Below are positions 9,966-21,600 of a DNA stretch of 64,000 nucleotides, piece by piece. Origin of the DNA: Hemiscyllium ocellatum (taxonomy: Eukaryota); assembly GCF_020745735.1 (NCBI RefSeq), contig NC_083409.1, positions 19,860,341 through 19,924,340 on the forward strand, given 5' to 3'. Every line of letters begins with the position of its first letter. Positions within the stretch are counted from its first letter, which is position 1. The translations under genes were made by a program, and so were the position numbers. The notes under the pieces were generated by a model. The model worked only from the letters and a program-made list of their open reading frames with translations. It did no database searches and was not told where the DNA came from.

Positions 9966-10552
9966 ATATCTTCAATCTCTGCCCCTGGGTATTGATTCCT
10001 CTACTCATGGAAAAATTGCCTTCTTGTCCACTATATCTCTGCCCCTCATAATCTTATAGCCCTTTATTAGGTCCCCTTTCAACCTTCACTGCTCCAAGAT
10101 AAACAAACACAGCCTTTCCAATCCTTCCTCACAGCTCAGACCCTCCAGGCCAGGCAGCATCCTGGGAAGTCTCTGCATCCTCTCGAATACAGTCATATCC
10201 TTCTCATAATGTCTCTTTCACTAGATTCTCTTTACTCCTAGTCTCACAGCTACTTTGCATCTTTCTCTCTCTCTCTCTCCTCTCCCTCAGTCACACTGTT
10301 TCATACTCTATCTCATTCTCTCTCTCTCTCTTTCTCTCTGTTTCTATTATTCAACCCCACCATCTCTACCTCCCTCTAACTCTCTGTCCCTCTCCCTCTC
10401 TACTTTTGCTCATCTTACATTTCCTCAGGCTCACTCTACCTCTCTCTCATTCACACCCTGTCCTTCTCTCTCTCCCTCTCTCTCACTCTCTCTCTCCCTC
10501 TCTCTCTTTCTCTCTCTGTCTTACTCTATCTCCCTCGCTCTTTCTTTCCCAC

Positions 10553-10930
10553 AACATCCCAGGTGGTAACAGTTAAATACAGGGTAAATCTCCCTCTGCT
10601 CTGAACCACCAATAGATGTTAACCCTTGACCCCAGAAGCATGTCTTCTCCTGGAGGAAGGTCCCATTTCCCACATTGACCAGGCTTTGGTATCTCTCAGG
10701 AAGACAGACATATTCTTGCCAAATGAAGGGCAGTTTTGTGCTGTTGGCTTATTCTCACTGGGGACTGGTTCGGACGCAAACCTCATTGCATGAAGGCTCA
10801 GCAGAGAGAGGAGATCCTCAGGCCATGAGTGTGAATTGGAGGGACAGGACAGGTTCTGACCCACTGACCCATCCTGTCCATTCACAACATGTTCCAATAC
10901 CTTCTCCTCTCCTTCCCCTTCCATGGTCAA
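10553..10930. other. Module A copy 1 (unclassified ~380-bp sequence after a CT tract)
   Basis: Homologous to 31205-31585 and, inverted, to 62807-63165. Confidence 0.8.
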
Positions 10931-10944
10931 GCTCCAGTTTTACT

Positions 10945-11740
10945 GTCAAAGGAAGAACCCTCCTGGTCCTCACCTTCCACCCCACTGACCCTTGTATACA
11001 TTGCATCATCCTCCGTTATTTCTGCCACCTATAAACAGATTCCAGCAACAGAGATATATTTCCCTTCCCATCCCTATCCGCTTTCCATAAAGACCATGCC
11101 TTCTGTGACTCACTCATCAGGTCCACCACCAATCCACCGTCCCCACTCGGCACCTTCCCCTGCCACCAAAGAAACCTGAGCCCACAACACCCCCCTTATC
11201 TCTGTCCAAAACTCCAAAGGAGCCTTCCACATCCATCAAAGTTTCACCTGCACTTCCACATGTGTCATTTACTGTATCCGTTGCTCCCAATGCGGTCTCT
11301 TCTAATTGAGGAGACAGGATGTCTACGAGCAGAATGCTTCAGAGAACTTCTCCGGACACTCGCACCAACCAACCTCACCGCCCCCTGGCCAAACACTTCA
11401 ACTCTGCCTCCTACTCTGCCAAGGACATGTAGGTCATGGGCCTCCTACATCACCACTTCCTAGCCACCCGACACCTGGAGGAAGAACACCTCATCTTCTG
11501 CCTCAGGACCCTCCAACCCCACGGCATCAATGTGAATTTTACCAGGTTCCACGTTTCCCCTCTCCCCATCTTATCCCAGTTTCAATCTTTCAACTCGGCA
11601 CTGTCCCATCTGTCCCCACATGACCTGTAACATCTGTCAATCTTCCTTCCCACCTATCCTCTCCACCCTCCTCTCCGACCGATCACCATTACCCATACCT
11701 CCATCTATCTCTCACACTCTCAGCTTCCTTCCCTCCAACT
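10945..11740 (+). mobile_element. Penelope-like element fragment (RT thumb / GIY-YIG region), degenerate
   Basis: RTLLVLTFHPT and EEEHLIFCLRTLQPHGINVNF; homologous to the ORF at 14886-15464. Confidence 0.85.
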
Positions 11741-11974
11741 TTGGAATGAGGACCAGGAAGAGATAATTCAGTCCTTCGAGCCCTGATCTTGCCTGACCTT
11801 ATCCTCATCTCCACTTTCCAGACTGCTCCCTATTGCCCTCTATCCTGCTTTTCATCAGAAAGATATCTGCTTCTTTATTGAATCTGTTGATTGACTTTGC
11901 CTCCACTGTGCTCTGGGGGCAGTGACTTCCACAGATTCTCAACCCTCTGAGAGAACGCCTTACAATAGAATAGA

Positions 11975-12306
11975 ATCCCTTCAGTATAGAGACAGGTCAT
12001 TTGGCCCAACAAGTCCATAGCGGCCCTTCAAAGAGCATTCCACCCAGACCCATCCCCTTACCCTTTCCCTGTAACCCTACGTTTCCCATGACTAATGAAC
12101 CTAACCTACACATCCCTGAACACAATGGGAAATTTAGCATAGCCAATCCTCCTAGTACATACATCTTTCAACTGTGGGAGCAGCACCCAGATAAAACCCC
12201 CACAGATAGGGGGAGAATCTACAAACTCCACACAGCTGCCCAAGGGTGGGATCAAACCCAGCTCGCTGAACTGTGAGGCAGTAGTGCTAACACTGCACCA
12301 CCATAC
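11975..12306 (-). mobile_element. tRNA-derived SINE (HE1/V-SINE-like), old copy
   Basis: Diverged reverse complement of 54115-54430. Confidence 0.8.
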
Positions 12307-12761
12307 CATTGTAGTTTATCCACATCGCAGTTTTGAACCTACCTCACCCACTCTATATCTATGACCTATTGTTGGAGACTGTCCCACAGGAGGGACATCT
12401 GTTCCATGTCTGACTTATCAGTCCCCTTTAGCATCTTAATTACCTCTCTCAGATTTACCATCATGCGACTGAATTCCAGTGAGTATAATCCCAAGCTATT
12501 CAACTATTCCTCATACGACAGCCCTTTCATCCCGGGAATCAGTCTGGTGAACATCCTCTGAACTGCATCCAGTGCCACCATCTCCTTCATCAAGTAAGGA
12601 GACCAAAACTGGACACAATACTTCAGATGTGGTCTCACCAATACCTCACAGAATTGCAACAATATTTCTTTATTTCTGTAATCCAGTCCTTTTATAATAA
12701 ATACCAAGATTCCAATTACTGCAAGAAATGCCAACATTCCAATTCCATGGGAATCAATTAG

Positions 12762-12935
12762 AACCTCCAACAGAGATCAGTAAACATGTGCCTCCTTCCA
12801 TCTGGACTCTCCAACAGACGCCAATAAACCTGGACCTCATTCCCATTGGACCATCCAACAGAGATCAGTAACCATGGGCCTCCATCCCACTGGGATGTCT
12901 AATGGACAGCAATGAGCACGGGCCTCTTTCTCACT
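12762..12935 (+). repeat. ~44-bp minisatellite, about 4 units
   Basis: Unit approximately ACCAGTAAACATGGGCCTCCTTCCCACTGGAACCTCCAACAGAG. Confidence 0.8.
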
Positions 12936-13094
12936 GGACACTCCATATTTGAACTTCAAATCTCACATCGTCTCCATCACGAGGCCTTTTATTTCAATCT
13001 CCACAAGGTTGATCGTCTATGCACTACATCAGCCCCTTGACCACAGAAACCTTTATTCCTGCTCATCCCATATCCAAACTCTCCCAGTTTAGAG

Positions 13095-13922
13095 TCATAG
13101 AGTCAGAGAGATATACAACACTGAAACAGACCCTTTGGTCTAACCCATCCATGCTGACCAGATATCCCAACCTAATCTCGTCCCACCTGCCAGCACCTGG
13201 CCCATGTCCCTCCAAACCCTTCTTATTCATATGCCCATCTAACGAACTCGAGCTATAGCTTTCCCAGTCAATATCTGGGAAGTTAAAGTCCCCCATAACA
13301 ACCACCCTGCTACTTTCACTCTTCTCCTGAATCATCCTCGCAATACTATCTTCTACTTCTCTCGGACTATTGGGAGGCCTGTAGAAAACACCTAACAGGG
13401 TGACCTCACCTTTCCTATTTCTAACCTCAGCCCAAACTACCTCATATGGCAAATCTTCCTCCATCGTCCTTTCCACCGCTGTAATGCTATCCTTGACAAG
13501 CAATGCCACACCTCCCCCTCTTTTACCCCCATGTCTGACCCTACTAAAACATTTAAACCCTGGAACCTGCAACAGCCATTCCTGCCCCTGTTCTACCTAC
13601 GTCTCTGTAATGGCCACAACATCGAAGTCCCAGGTACAAACCCACGCTGCAAGCTCACCTACCTTATTTCTTATACTTCTGGCATTGAAGTATACACACT
13701 TCAAGCCACCTTTCTGTTTACAGGCACCCTCCTTCGAAATCGATGCCTTGTTCCTAACCTCCCTACACTCAAGGTCCTGTACCCTGAAGCTACAGTCCAG
13801 GTTCCCATGCCCCTGCGGAGTTAGTTTAAACCCTCCCAAAGAGCACTAGCAAACCTCCCCCCAAGGATACTGGTGCCCCTCAGGTTCAGGTGCAGACCAT
13901 CCTGTTTATAGAGGATGGTCTC
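13095..13922 (-). mobile_element. CR1 with a large internal deletion (ORF1 end and APE fused to the 3' tail)
   Basis: ORF 13063-13572 runs from APE motifs (GVFYRPP, MGDFNFPDIDW) directly into 3'-terminal sequence (GHMNKKGLEG). Confidence 0.8.
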
Positions 13923-13923
13923 A

Positions 13924-14190
13924 TGTGCTGTCAGATTCCAGGGAGTACAGACAGTTCACAGTTTTCTCCCATCTCAGTAACAAACATCCAGCTGCTCCGA
14001 GCTCTTTCTTTCACTTCCTCTCTGGGTGAAGTTTCAACCTTGTGCTCTGACAGTCTTTGCAGTTATTTTTTACACTGGGGCTTTCTGCTGTGGTCAGAAT
14101 CTCTAATAATAAGTGTCCAATCAGTGACAATCACAGCAGCTAAGAGCAGTCAGGACTGAGGATCCAGGCTCACTGGGAAACACATTGGGA
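13924..14190 (-). promoter_or_regulatory. Module B copy 1: candidate lymphoid enhancer or promoter
   Basis: GAGGAAGTGAAA (14020-14009), CAGCTG (13989-13994), TGTGGTC (14089-14095) and CCAAT (14117-14121). About 96% identical to copies 2 and 3. Function is inferred from motifs only. Confidence 0.55.
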
Positions 14191-14399
14191 AGATCAAAGC
14201 CATCCTCTTCAGGTCCCGGTACAACCTCCATCCGTCTCCCTGAGCACTGTCTGCTGCTCAACCAAACTCTTCGCAAAAACAGAATACCTCAGCAGGCCTG
14301 ACTGCATCTGGGGAAAGAAATCAGCGTTAACATTTCGGGTGGTGTGACCTTTCCTCAGTACAGTTCTGAAGAAGGTTCACTTGTCCCAATATGTTAACT

Positions 14400-15570
14400 G
14401 GATAAGTAGTGCTGGAAGAGCACAGCTGTTCAGGCAGCTTCCAAAGTGCAGCGAAATTGACGTTTCGGGCAAGAGCCCTTAATAAGGAATACAGGCAGTG
14501 AGCCTGAAGCGTGGAGAGATAAGCTCGAGGAGGGTGAAGGTGGGGAGAAAGTAGCATAGAGTACAATGGGTGAGTGTGGGAGGGGATGAAGGTGCTAGGC
14601 CAGGGAGGATAGGGTGGAGTGGACAGGTGGAAAAGGAGACAGGCAGGTAGGGCAAGTCCAGACAAGTCATGGGGACAGTGCTGAGCTGGAAGTTAGGAAC
14701 TAGGATGAGGTGGGGGAAGGGAAAATGAGGAAACTGTTGAAGTCCACATTGATGCCCTGGGGTTGAAGTGTTCTGAGGCGGAAGATGAGGCGTTCTTCCT
14801 CCAGGCGTCTGGTGGTGAGGGAGTGGCGGTGAAGGAGGCCCAGGACCTCCATGTCCTCGGCAGAGTGGGAGGGGGAGTTGAAATGTTAGGCCACGGGACG
14901 GTGTGGTTGATTGGTGCGGGTGTCCCGTGGATGTTCCCTAAAGCGCTCTGCTAGGAGGCGCCCAGTCTCCCCAATGTAGAGGAGACCGCATCGGTAGCAA
15001 CGGATACAATAAATGATATTGGTGGATGTGCAGGTAAAACTTTGATGGATGTGGAAGGCTACTTTAGGGCCTTGGATAGAGGTGAGGGAGGAGGTGTGGG
15101 CACAGGTTTTACAGTTCCTGCAGTGGCAGGGGAAAGTGCCAGGATGGGAGGGTGGGTTGTAGGAAGGCGTCGACCTGACCAGGTAGTCACGGAGGGAATG
15201 GTCTTTGCTCAAGGCGGAAAGTGGTGGGGAGGGAAATATATCCCCGGTGGTGGGGTCTTTTTGGAGGTGGTGGAAATGTTGGCGGATGATTTGGTTTATG
15301 CAAAGGTTTGTAGGGTGGAAGGTGAGCACCAGGGGCGTTCTGTCCTTGTTACAGTTGGATGGGTGGGGTCTGAGGGCGGAGGTGCGGGATGTGGACAAGA
15401 TGCGTTGGAGGGCATCTTTAACCACGTGGGAAGGGAAATTGCGGTCTCTAAAGAAGGAGGCCATCTGGTGTGTTCTCTGGTGGAACTGGTCCTCCTGGGA
15501 GCATATACGGCGGAGGTGGAGGAATTGGGAATATGGGATGGCATTTTTGTAAGAGGTAGGGTGGGAAGAG
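14400..15570 (-). mobile_element. Penelope-like element with GIY-YIG endonuclease ORF fragment
   Basis: ORF 14886-15464 contains ...CRNCKTC...IIYCIRCYRCGLLYIGETGR...RFREH. A PLE terminal repeat lies at 14400-14500. Confidence 0.9.
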
Positions 15571-15574
15571 GTAT

Positions 15575-15790
15575 AATCTTAGCCGTTGCTTTGGGTCTCC
15601 AAACATGACCATTCTAATGTCGTGGGCCACATCACAGCCACTGCCCTCTGTAACCTTCAGCTCATCCCAAACTCTGCTGCCCGTATCCGAACTCGCACCA
15701 AGTCCCATCCCCATCCTCCACTGTTCTCACTGAGCAACATTGGCTACTGGTCCAACAACACCTCGATTTTCAAATTATCATCCTTGTTCT
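15575..15790 (+). mobile_element. L2-type LINE 3' fragment (continues from ~14180-14280 across the PLE insertion)
   Basis: LQLIPNSAARIRTRTK and LDFQIIIL-like sequence; uninterrupted in copy 2 (35500-35920). Confidence 0.7.
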
Positions 15791-18620
15791 AACTGCCTCA
15801 CTCAGTGTGGTCAGCAATCTTGGACAGATGACTCTCTGTTTCTTCATCCAAGTAATTGAGAAATATCGTGAAATGTTGAGGTCCCAGCATAGATCCCTGG
15901 GGACACCACTATTCACATCTTGCTCATTGGAGGACACATACGTTCTCCCTCCATTCTGTCTCCTTTCTCCAAATTAATTCCTGACCAAAGGCGAATGATT
16001 TTCTCTAACACATTATTTTTCCGCGTTGATGAACAGTCTCTCAAACAGTGAAACTAGGAGCAGGAGTAGGCCATTCAGCCCTTCAAGCCTGTTCCAATTT
16101 TCAATATGATCATGGCTGATCATCCAACTCAGTCGCATGTTCCTGGTTTCTCCCCGTCACCTTTGATCCCTTTCATCTGCAGAACTATGCGTAGCTTTTT
16201 CTGGAAAACATTTATTGGTTTGGGTACAACTGCTTTCAGTGACAGAAACTTCCACAGGCTTCCCACTCACTGAATGAAAAAACTTTCTCTCCAGCTCAGC
16301 TCTAAATGGCCTTTCCCGTATCCTTAAATTGTAATCCTTGATTCTGGACTCCCCAGTCATCAGGAACATCCTGCCTTGACCTGTTAGGGATTTTAGAGTT
16401 TTCAATGTGACTCCCCTCAATCTTCTAACCTCTAGTGAATATAATCCTAACTGATCCAGTTTCTCATCAGAACTAAGTGCTGTCCTCCCAGGAATCAGTC
16501 TGGTAAACCTTCGCTGCCCTCCCTCCACAGCCAGAACATCCTTCCTCAGATAAGGAAACCAAAAATGCACACAACAGAATCATAAAATCACACAGTACAG
16601 AAGAGGCCCTTTGGCCCATTGAACCTGTGCCAGCCAAACTACACTAAAACTGCATTCATCCAACTTTCCAACACAAGGCCCATAGCTTTAAATGTTACGA
16701 TATTTCAAGAGTTCATGCAAGTATTTTTTAAAGATGGTGAGATTTTCCACCTCAACTATCATCCCAGGCAATTCAAACCAGACCCCCACCACCCTCTGAG
16801 TCAAAACCTGCTCTTCAAATCCCCTCTAAAGCTCCTGTCTTTAACAGTGAATGTGTGCCAACTCCATGTAAGGGGAACAGCTACTTTCTCTTCATTCTGC
16901 CCATTCCCCTGATACCCTTATACACCTCTATCAGGTCCCCCTTCCACCTTCTCTGCTTCAAAGAAAACAACCCGAGTTTATCCAGCCTCTCTTCATCGCT
17001 GAAATGCTTCATCCCAAGCAACATCCTGGTGACTATCCTCTGCACCCCCTCCAGTACAATCCCATCCTTCCAATCACATGGCGACCAGAACTGCACACAG
17101 TACTCCAGCTGTGGTCTAACCAAAGTTCTGTACAGCTCCAACATCTCTTCCCTGGTCTTCTAATCTATACCTGAAATGATAAAGGCAAGTATCACATCTG
17201 ACTTCATAAATACCTTCTTCATCTGATCCATCTTCCAAAGTTCATCACCTCACATTTATCAGGGGTAAGTTCCATTTGTCTCTGATCTGTCCATCTGACC
17301 AATCCAGTTAGATCCTCCTGTAACCTAAGACCTTCTTCCTCACTGTCAACCATCTGCCAAACCTCGTGTCATCTACAAATTCAGTCATCATCCACCCACC
17401 CCCACCCCTCACCTCTCACATTCTTATCTTCATTGTTCAATATATCCTGAACAATAAGGGACCCAGCACTGATCCCTGTGGTATCCCACTGCACACTGGA
17501 CCCAGTCACACAAACAACTTTCTGCCTCCACCCACTGTCTCCTGTCACTGAACCAGTTTTGGTTTGAATATACCAGGTGTGGTCTCCCTAAGGCCCCATA
17601 CAATTACAGCAAGATATCCCTGTTCCTGAACTCAAATCCTCTCACTATGAAGGTAACATATCATTTACTTTCTTCATTGCCCGCTGCACCTGCACGCTGA
17701 CTTTCAGTGACTGGTATACACAGACACCCAGATCTTATTGCATCTCCCCATTCCCAAACTATCACCATTCAGATAATAATCTGCCTTCCAATTTTTGCTA
17801 CTAAACTGGGTAACCTCACATTTAACTTCATTGTATTTCATCTGCCATCACTCAACATCTCCAAATCACACTGAGGTATCTCTGCATCCTCCTCACAGCT
17901 CCCCCTCCCACCCAGCTTTGTGTCATCTGCAAACTTGGAGATATTACTCTTAAGTTCCCTCATCTAAACCATGAACAAATATGTGACTAGCTGGATCCAG
18001 GCCTGTGGTACCCTTTCAGAAAAATTCCAGTTTATTTTTACTCTTTGTTTCCTGCCTGCCAACCAGTTCTCTATCCATGTCAGTACACTACCCCCAGTCC
18101 CATGAATCTTAATTTTTTATGCTATCTTCTGTGGGACTTATTAAAAACCTTGTAAAAGTTCCAAATATACCATGTCTATTGCCTCCTTCTTGTCAAATTT
18201 GCTCTTTGCATACTCAAGAAATTCCAGTCAATTTGTTAACCATGATTTCCCTTTCCACAAACCATGCTGACTCTGTCTAATCCTGTCACTGTCTTTCAGT
18301 GATTAAATCTTTCATAATAGACTCGAGTATTTTCACACTGATTGGTCTAAGTTGTCCAGTTTCTCTCTCCCTCCCATTTTAAATAGTAATGTTACATTAG
18401 CAACTCTCCCAGTGGGAATTATCCCAGAATGTATAGAATCTTGAACATCAATGTTTCCAAACATTTTGGGCATTTCCTGAAGTAATCTGAGGTGTAGACT
18501 ATTGGATCCTGTGGATTTATTTGAATTTAATCCCATAAATTTTCCAAAACCATTTCACGAATAAAACTAGTTTTCTTCAGTGCTGCTATCAGTCTATACC
18601 CTGTCATCCCAAAATGTTTA
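15790..18620 (-). mobile_element. Stacked CR1 3' fragments
   Basis: ORFs 16157-16570, 16881-17144 and 18333-18536 have CR1 RT C-terminal motifs. The same succession occurs at 35920-38400. Confidence 0.8.
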
Positions 18621-18639
18621 GAATTTATTTGAGTTTTCC

Positions 18640-18900
18640 ATTGTATACAAAGATCCAGAATGCAGCAAATGCAGAAATTTCCTTTGCTCTTGTTGTCAGT
18701 GGTACTTTTAACAAATCAATTTTGGATAAGAATGACACACTACCTACCCTATCAATGCAATCTCCTGACCTGGGAATAGGGTACAAATCCATCTTTGTGA
18801 CTACATTCACTTTCCAACTGTCTACACAGAATCTAATTGAAACATTTGGTTTCAGAACCAACACTACAAGAGAACTCCAATTACTCTTACAGTGCAATCA
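18640..18900 (-). mobile_element. Gypsy LTR-retrotransposon RT fragment
   Basis: SNWSSLVVLVLKPNVSIRFCVD...YPIPR..DCIDRVG...SKIDLLK; inverted homolog at 53700-54050. Confidence 0.85.
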
Positions 18901-19189
18901 GGGTACCCTGTCTAGTTTATGATCAGTAATTTGCTGATTATTAGATGGTTTGAATCAACCCTAGATCCCTGGTTCTGCCGCTGGATTTATTTAAAAATGT
19001 CAAATGAAGAAGGCAGTAGACAGGTGTTTCAGGGCAAAAGAATCTCTGGGTTTATTCAATACAAAAGGTAAGTATAATACAGGAGCATTTGCAAATGTAA
19101 TAAACAGTGAAATGAACAGTATCCATTATACAGAGAACAGTAATTAAATACACTATCAAATTAAACACTGGTTATACACTATTAGAAGC

Positions 19190-20365
19190 TAGAGTGGAAA
19201 AGTGTGGCCCTGGAAAAGCACAGCAGGTCAGGCAGCATCTGAGGGACAGGAGAATCGATGTTTCGGGCATCAGCTTTTCATCGGGAAGGTTGGGGGAGTG
19301 GAAGGGGGCTGAGTGATCAATAGGAAGGTGGGGTAGGGGGTGGAGGAAAGTAGCTGGGAAGGGGATAGGTAGATGCAGGTGGTGGGGAGGTGATAGTGAT
19401 AGTTCAGAAGGGATGGTGAAGCAGATAGGTGGGATGGATGATGGATAGATTTGGAAGGTTCAAGAGGGTGGTGTCCAGTTGGAGGATTGGATATTCGTTG
19501 TGGGGTGGGGAGGGGAAATAATGAAACTAGTGAAAACAACATTGATGCCGTGTGGTTGGGGAGTCCCAAGGTGGAAAATGAGGCATTCTTCTTCCAGACA
19601 TAGTAGCTCAGTGGTTAGCACTGCTGCCTCACAGCACTAGGGACCCAGGTTCGATTCCAGCCCTCGGCAACTGTCTGTGTGGAGGTTGCACGCTCTCCCC
19701 ATGTCCGGGTTTTCTCCGGGTGCTCCGTGTGCACAGTCCAAAGATGTGCAGCTCAGGTGAATGGGCCATTCTAAATTGCCCGCAGTGTTAGGTACATTAG
19801 TCAGAGGGAAATGGGTCTCATTGGGTTACTCTTCGGCGGGTCGGTATGAACTGGTTGGGTCGAAGGGCCTGTTTCCAATTTCTAGGGAACCTAATCTAAT
19901 CAAAATGTTTAGGTTAGCTGAATTGGCCATACTAAATTGCTCATATTGTTATGTGCATTAATCAGGGGTAAATATTAGGTAGGGGAGTGAGTCTGGGAGG
20001 GGTTACTCTTCGGAGGGTTGGTACGGACATGTTGGGATGAAGGGCCTGTTTCCATACTGTAGAGAATCTAATCTAATCTGATCAGACTTTGGGTGGCTTG
20101 GAGTTGGCAGTGGAGGAGGCCCCGGACTTGTATGTCCTTGGCAGCGTTGGAATGGCATTTGAAGTGTCCGGCCACAGGGTGGTGGGGTTGTTTGGTGCAG
20201 GTGTCCCAGAAATGTTCCGCAAGTCGTCCTTCCCAACATGTCTGATGAAGGGCTTCTGCCCAAAACATCGATTCTCCTGCTCCCCGGGTGCTGCCTGACC
20301 TGCTGCGCTTTTCCAGCGCTTCAGTTTCTGACTCTGACCTGCAGCATCTGCAGTCCTCACTTTCT
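19190..20365. mobile_element. Penelope-derived composite with inverted termini, nested SINEs and a perfect 12-bp TSD
   Basis: ACTATTAGAAGC at both 19178-19189 and 20366-20377. Confidence 0.85.
19601..20095 (+). mobile_element. tRNA-derived SINE plus a tandem partial 3' copy
   Basis: TAGCTCAGTGGTTAGCA (A-box) and GGTTCGATTCC (B-box), with a (CTAAT)n tail. Confidence 0.85.
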
Positions 20366-21288
20366 ACTATTAGAAGCAAAACCGTTTGAGTCACACAAAC
20401 TTTAATCAGGCTCCCTACCCTTGGGTCCCAATGCACTGTCACCAGCCACCATCCCCTCCCTGCGAGCTCAGAGGGAAACTTTGGGGTCTCAGGATTTTCA
20501 GCTCAGCACCGAGGAAAATATAGGTTTAATTTGTGTCCCGTTGGTGAGGTTCTCGCCGTCAGTTCTCTTGGCTCAGGACAGGTCTGTGAGAAAGTGAGGA
20601 CGGCAGATGCTGGAGATCAGGGTTGAGAGTGTTGTGCTGGAAAAGCACAGCAGGTCAGGCAGCATCCGAGGAGCAGGAGAATTAACGTTTTGGGCATAAG
20701 CCCTTCATCAAGAATAAGGCCTGTGGGCTGAGAACTGAGAGATAAATGGCTGCGGCGGGGGGGGGAAGGGGGGAGGTAAGACTGGGGCAAAGGAATCTGG
20801 GAATGTGTTCGGAACAGGCCTGTCTCTGGAAGCTCTTGTTCAGATAGCATTTGGTTTGTGGTCCTGCTCTCGGGTGTCCTTTGTTGCGATGATGCTCTTG
20901 GTTTGATTTCTGGATTCGGCTTCTCTGTTCAGCCTCTGTGGTTCTTGGTTCTGAAGCTGCTTGTTGGGGCTTGCTGAAGCTGTTCCTGCAGAAACTTGTT
21001 GTTGAAAAGGCTCACCCTCAGATTAGGGCTGGCTGTTATACAGACTGTGTGCCCCGTTATCTCCCCTCAGATCGGTGTTGTCCAATGTGTTTCTGGTGTT
21101 CCCTTTGGGGTCAGTTGGCTTCCTGACAGTTAAGAGTATTTGTGAATGTATCTTGATTGATGTTGAATGCCCAATATCCCTGTGAGTAAATATTGATTGT
21201 GTTGAATGTCCAGTATCTGTACAGGTTCCAAAATGTCTGTGTTAGTAGGCCGAGGTGTAAAAGTGAGGTTCAGTCTGGAGAATGAGTT

Positions 21289-21600
21289 TAGATTAGATTA
21301 CTTACAATGTGGAAACAGGCCCTTCGGCCCAGCAAGTCCACACCGACCCGCCGAAGCGCAACCCACCCAGACCCCCTATATTTACCACTTACCTAACACT
21401 ACGGGCAATTTAGCATGGCCAATTCACCTGACCAGCACATCTTTGGACTGTGGGAGGAAACCGGAACACCCGGAGGAAACCCACGCAGACACGGGGAGAA
21501 CGTGCAAACTCCACACAGTCAGTCGCCTGAGTCGGGAATTGAACCCAGGTCCCTGGCGCTGTGAGGCAGCAGTGCTAACCACTGTGTCACTGTGCCGCCC
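21289..21600 (-). mobile_element. tRNA-derived SINE (HE1/V-SINE-like), young full-length copy
   Basis: Nearly identical reverse complement of 54115-54430; A/B boxes and (TCTAA)n tail. Confidence 0.92.

Noticed and set aside
9111-9966. Several ORFs rich in GLGLG, VRVRV or TLTLT
   Set aside because: These are translations of the telomeric hexamer array.
15042-15608. 188-aa plus-strand ORF
   Set aside because: It is the antisense shadow of the Penelope ORF at 14886-15464.
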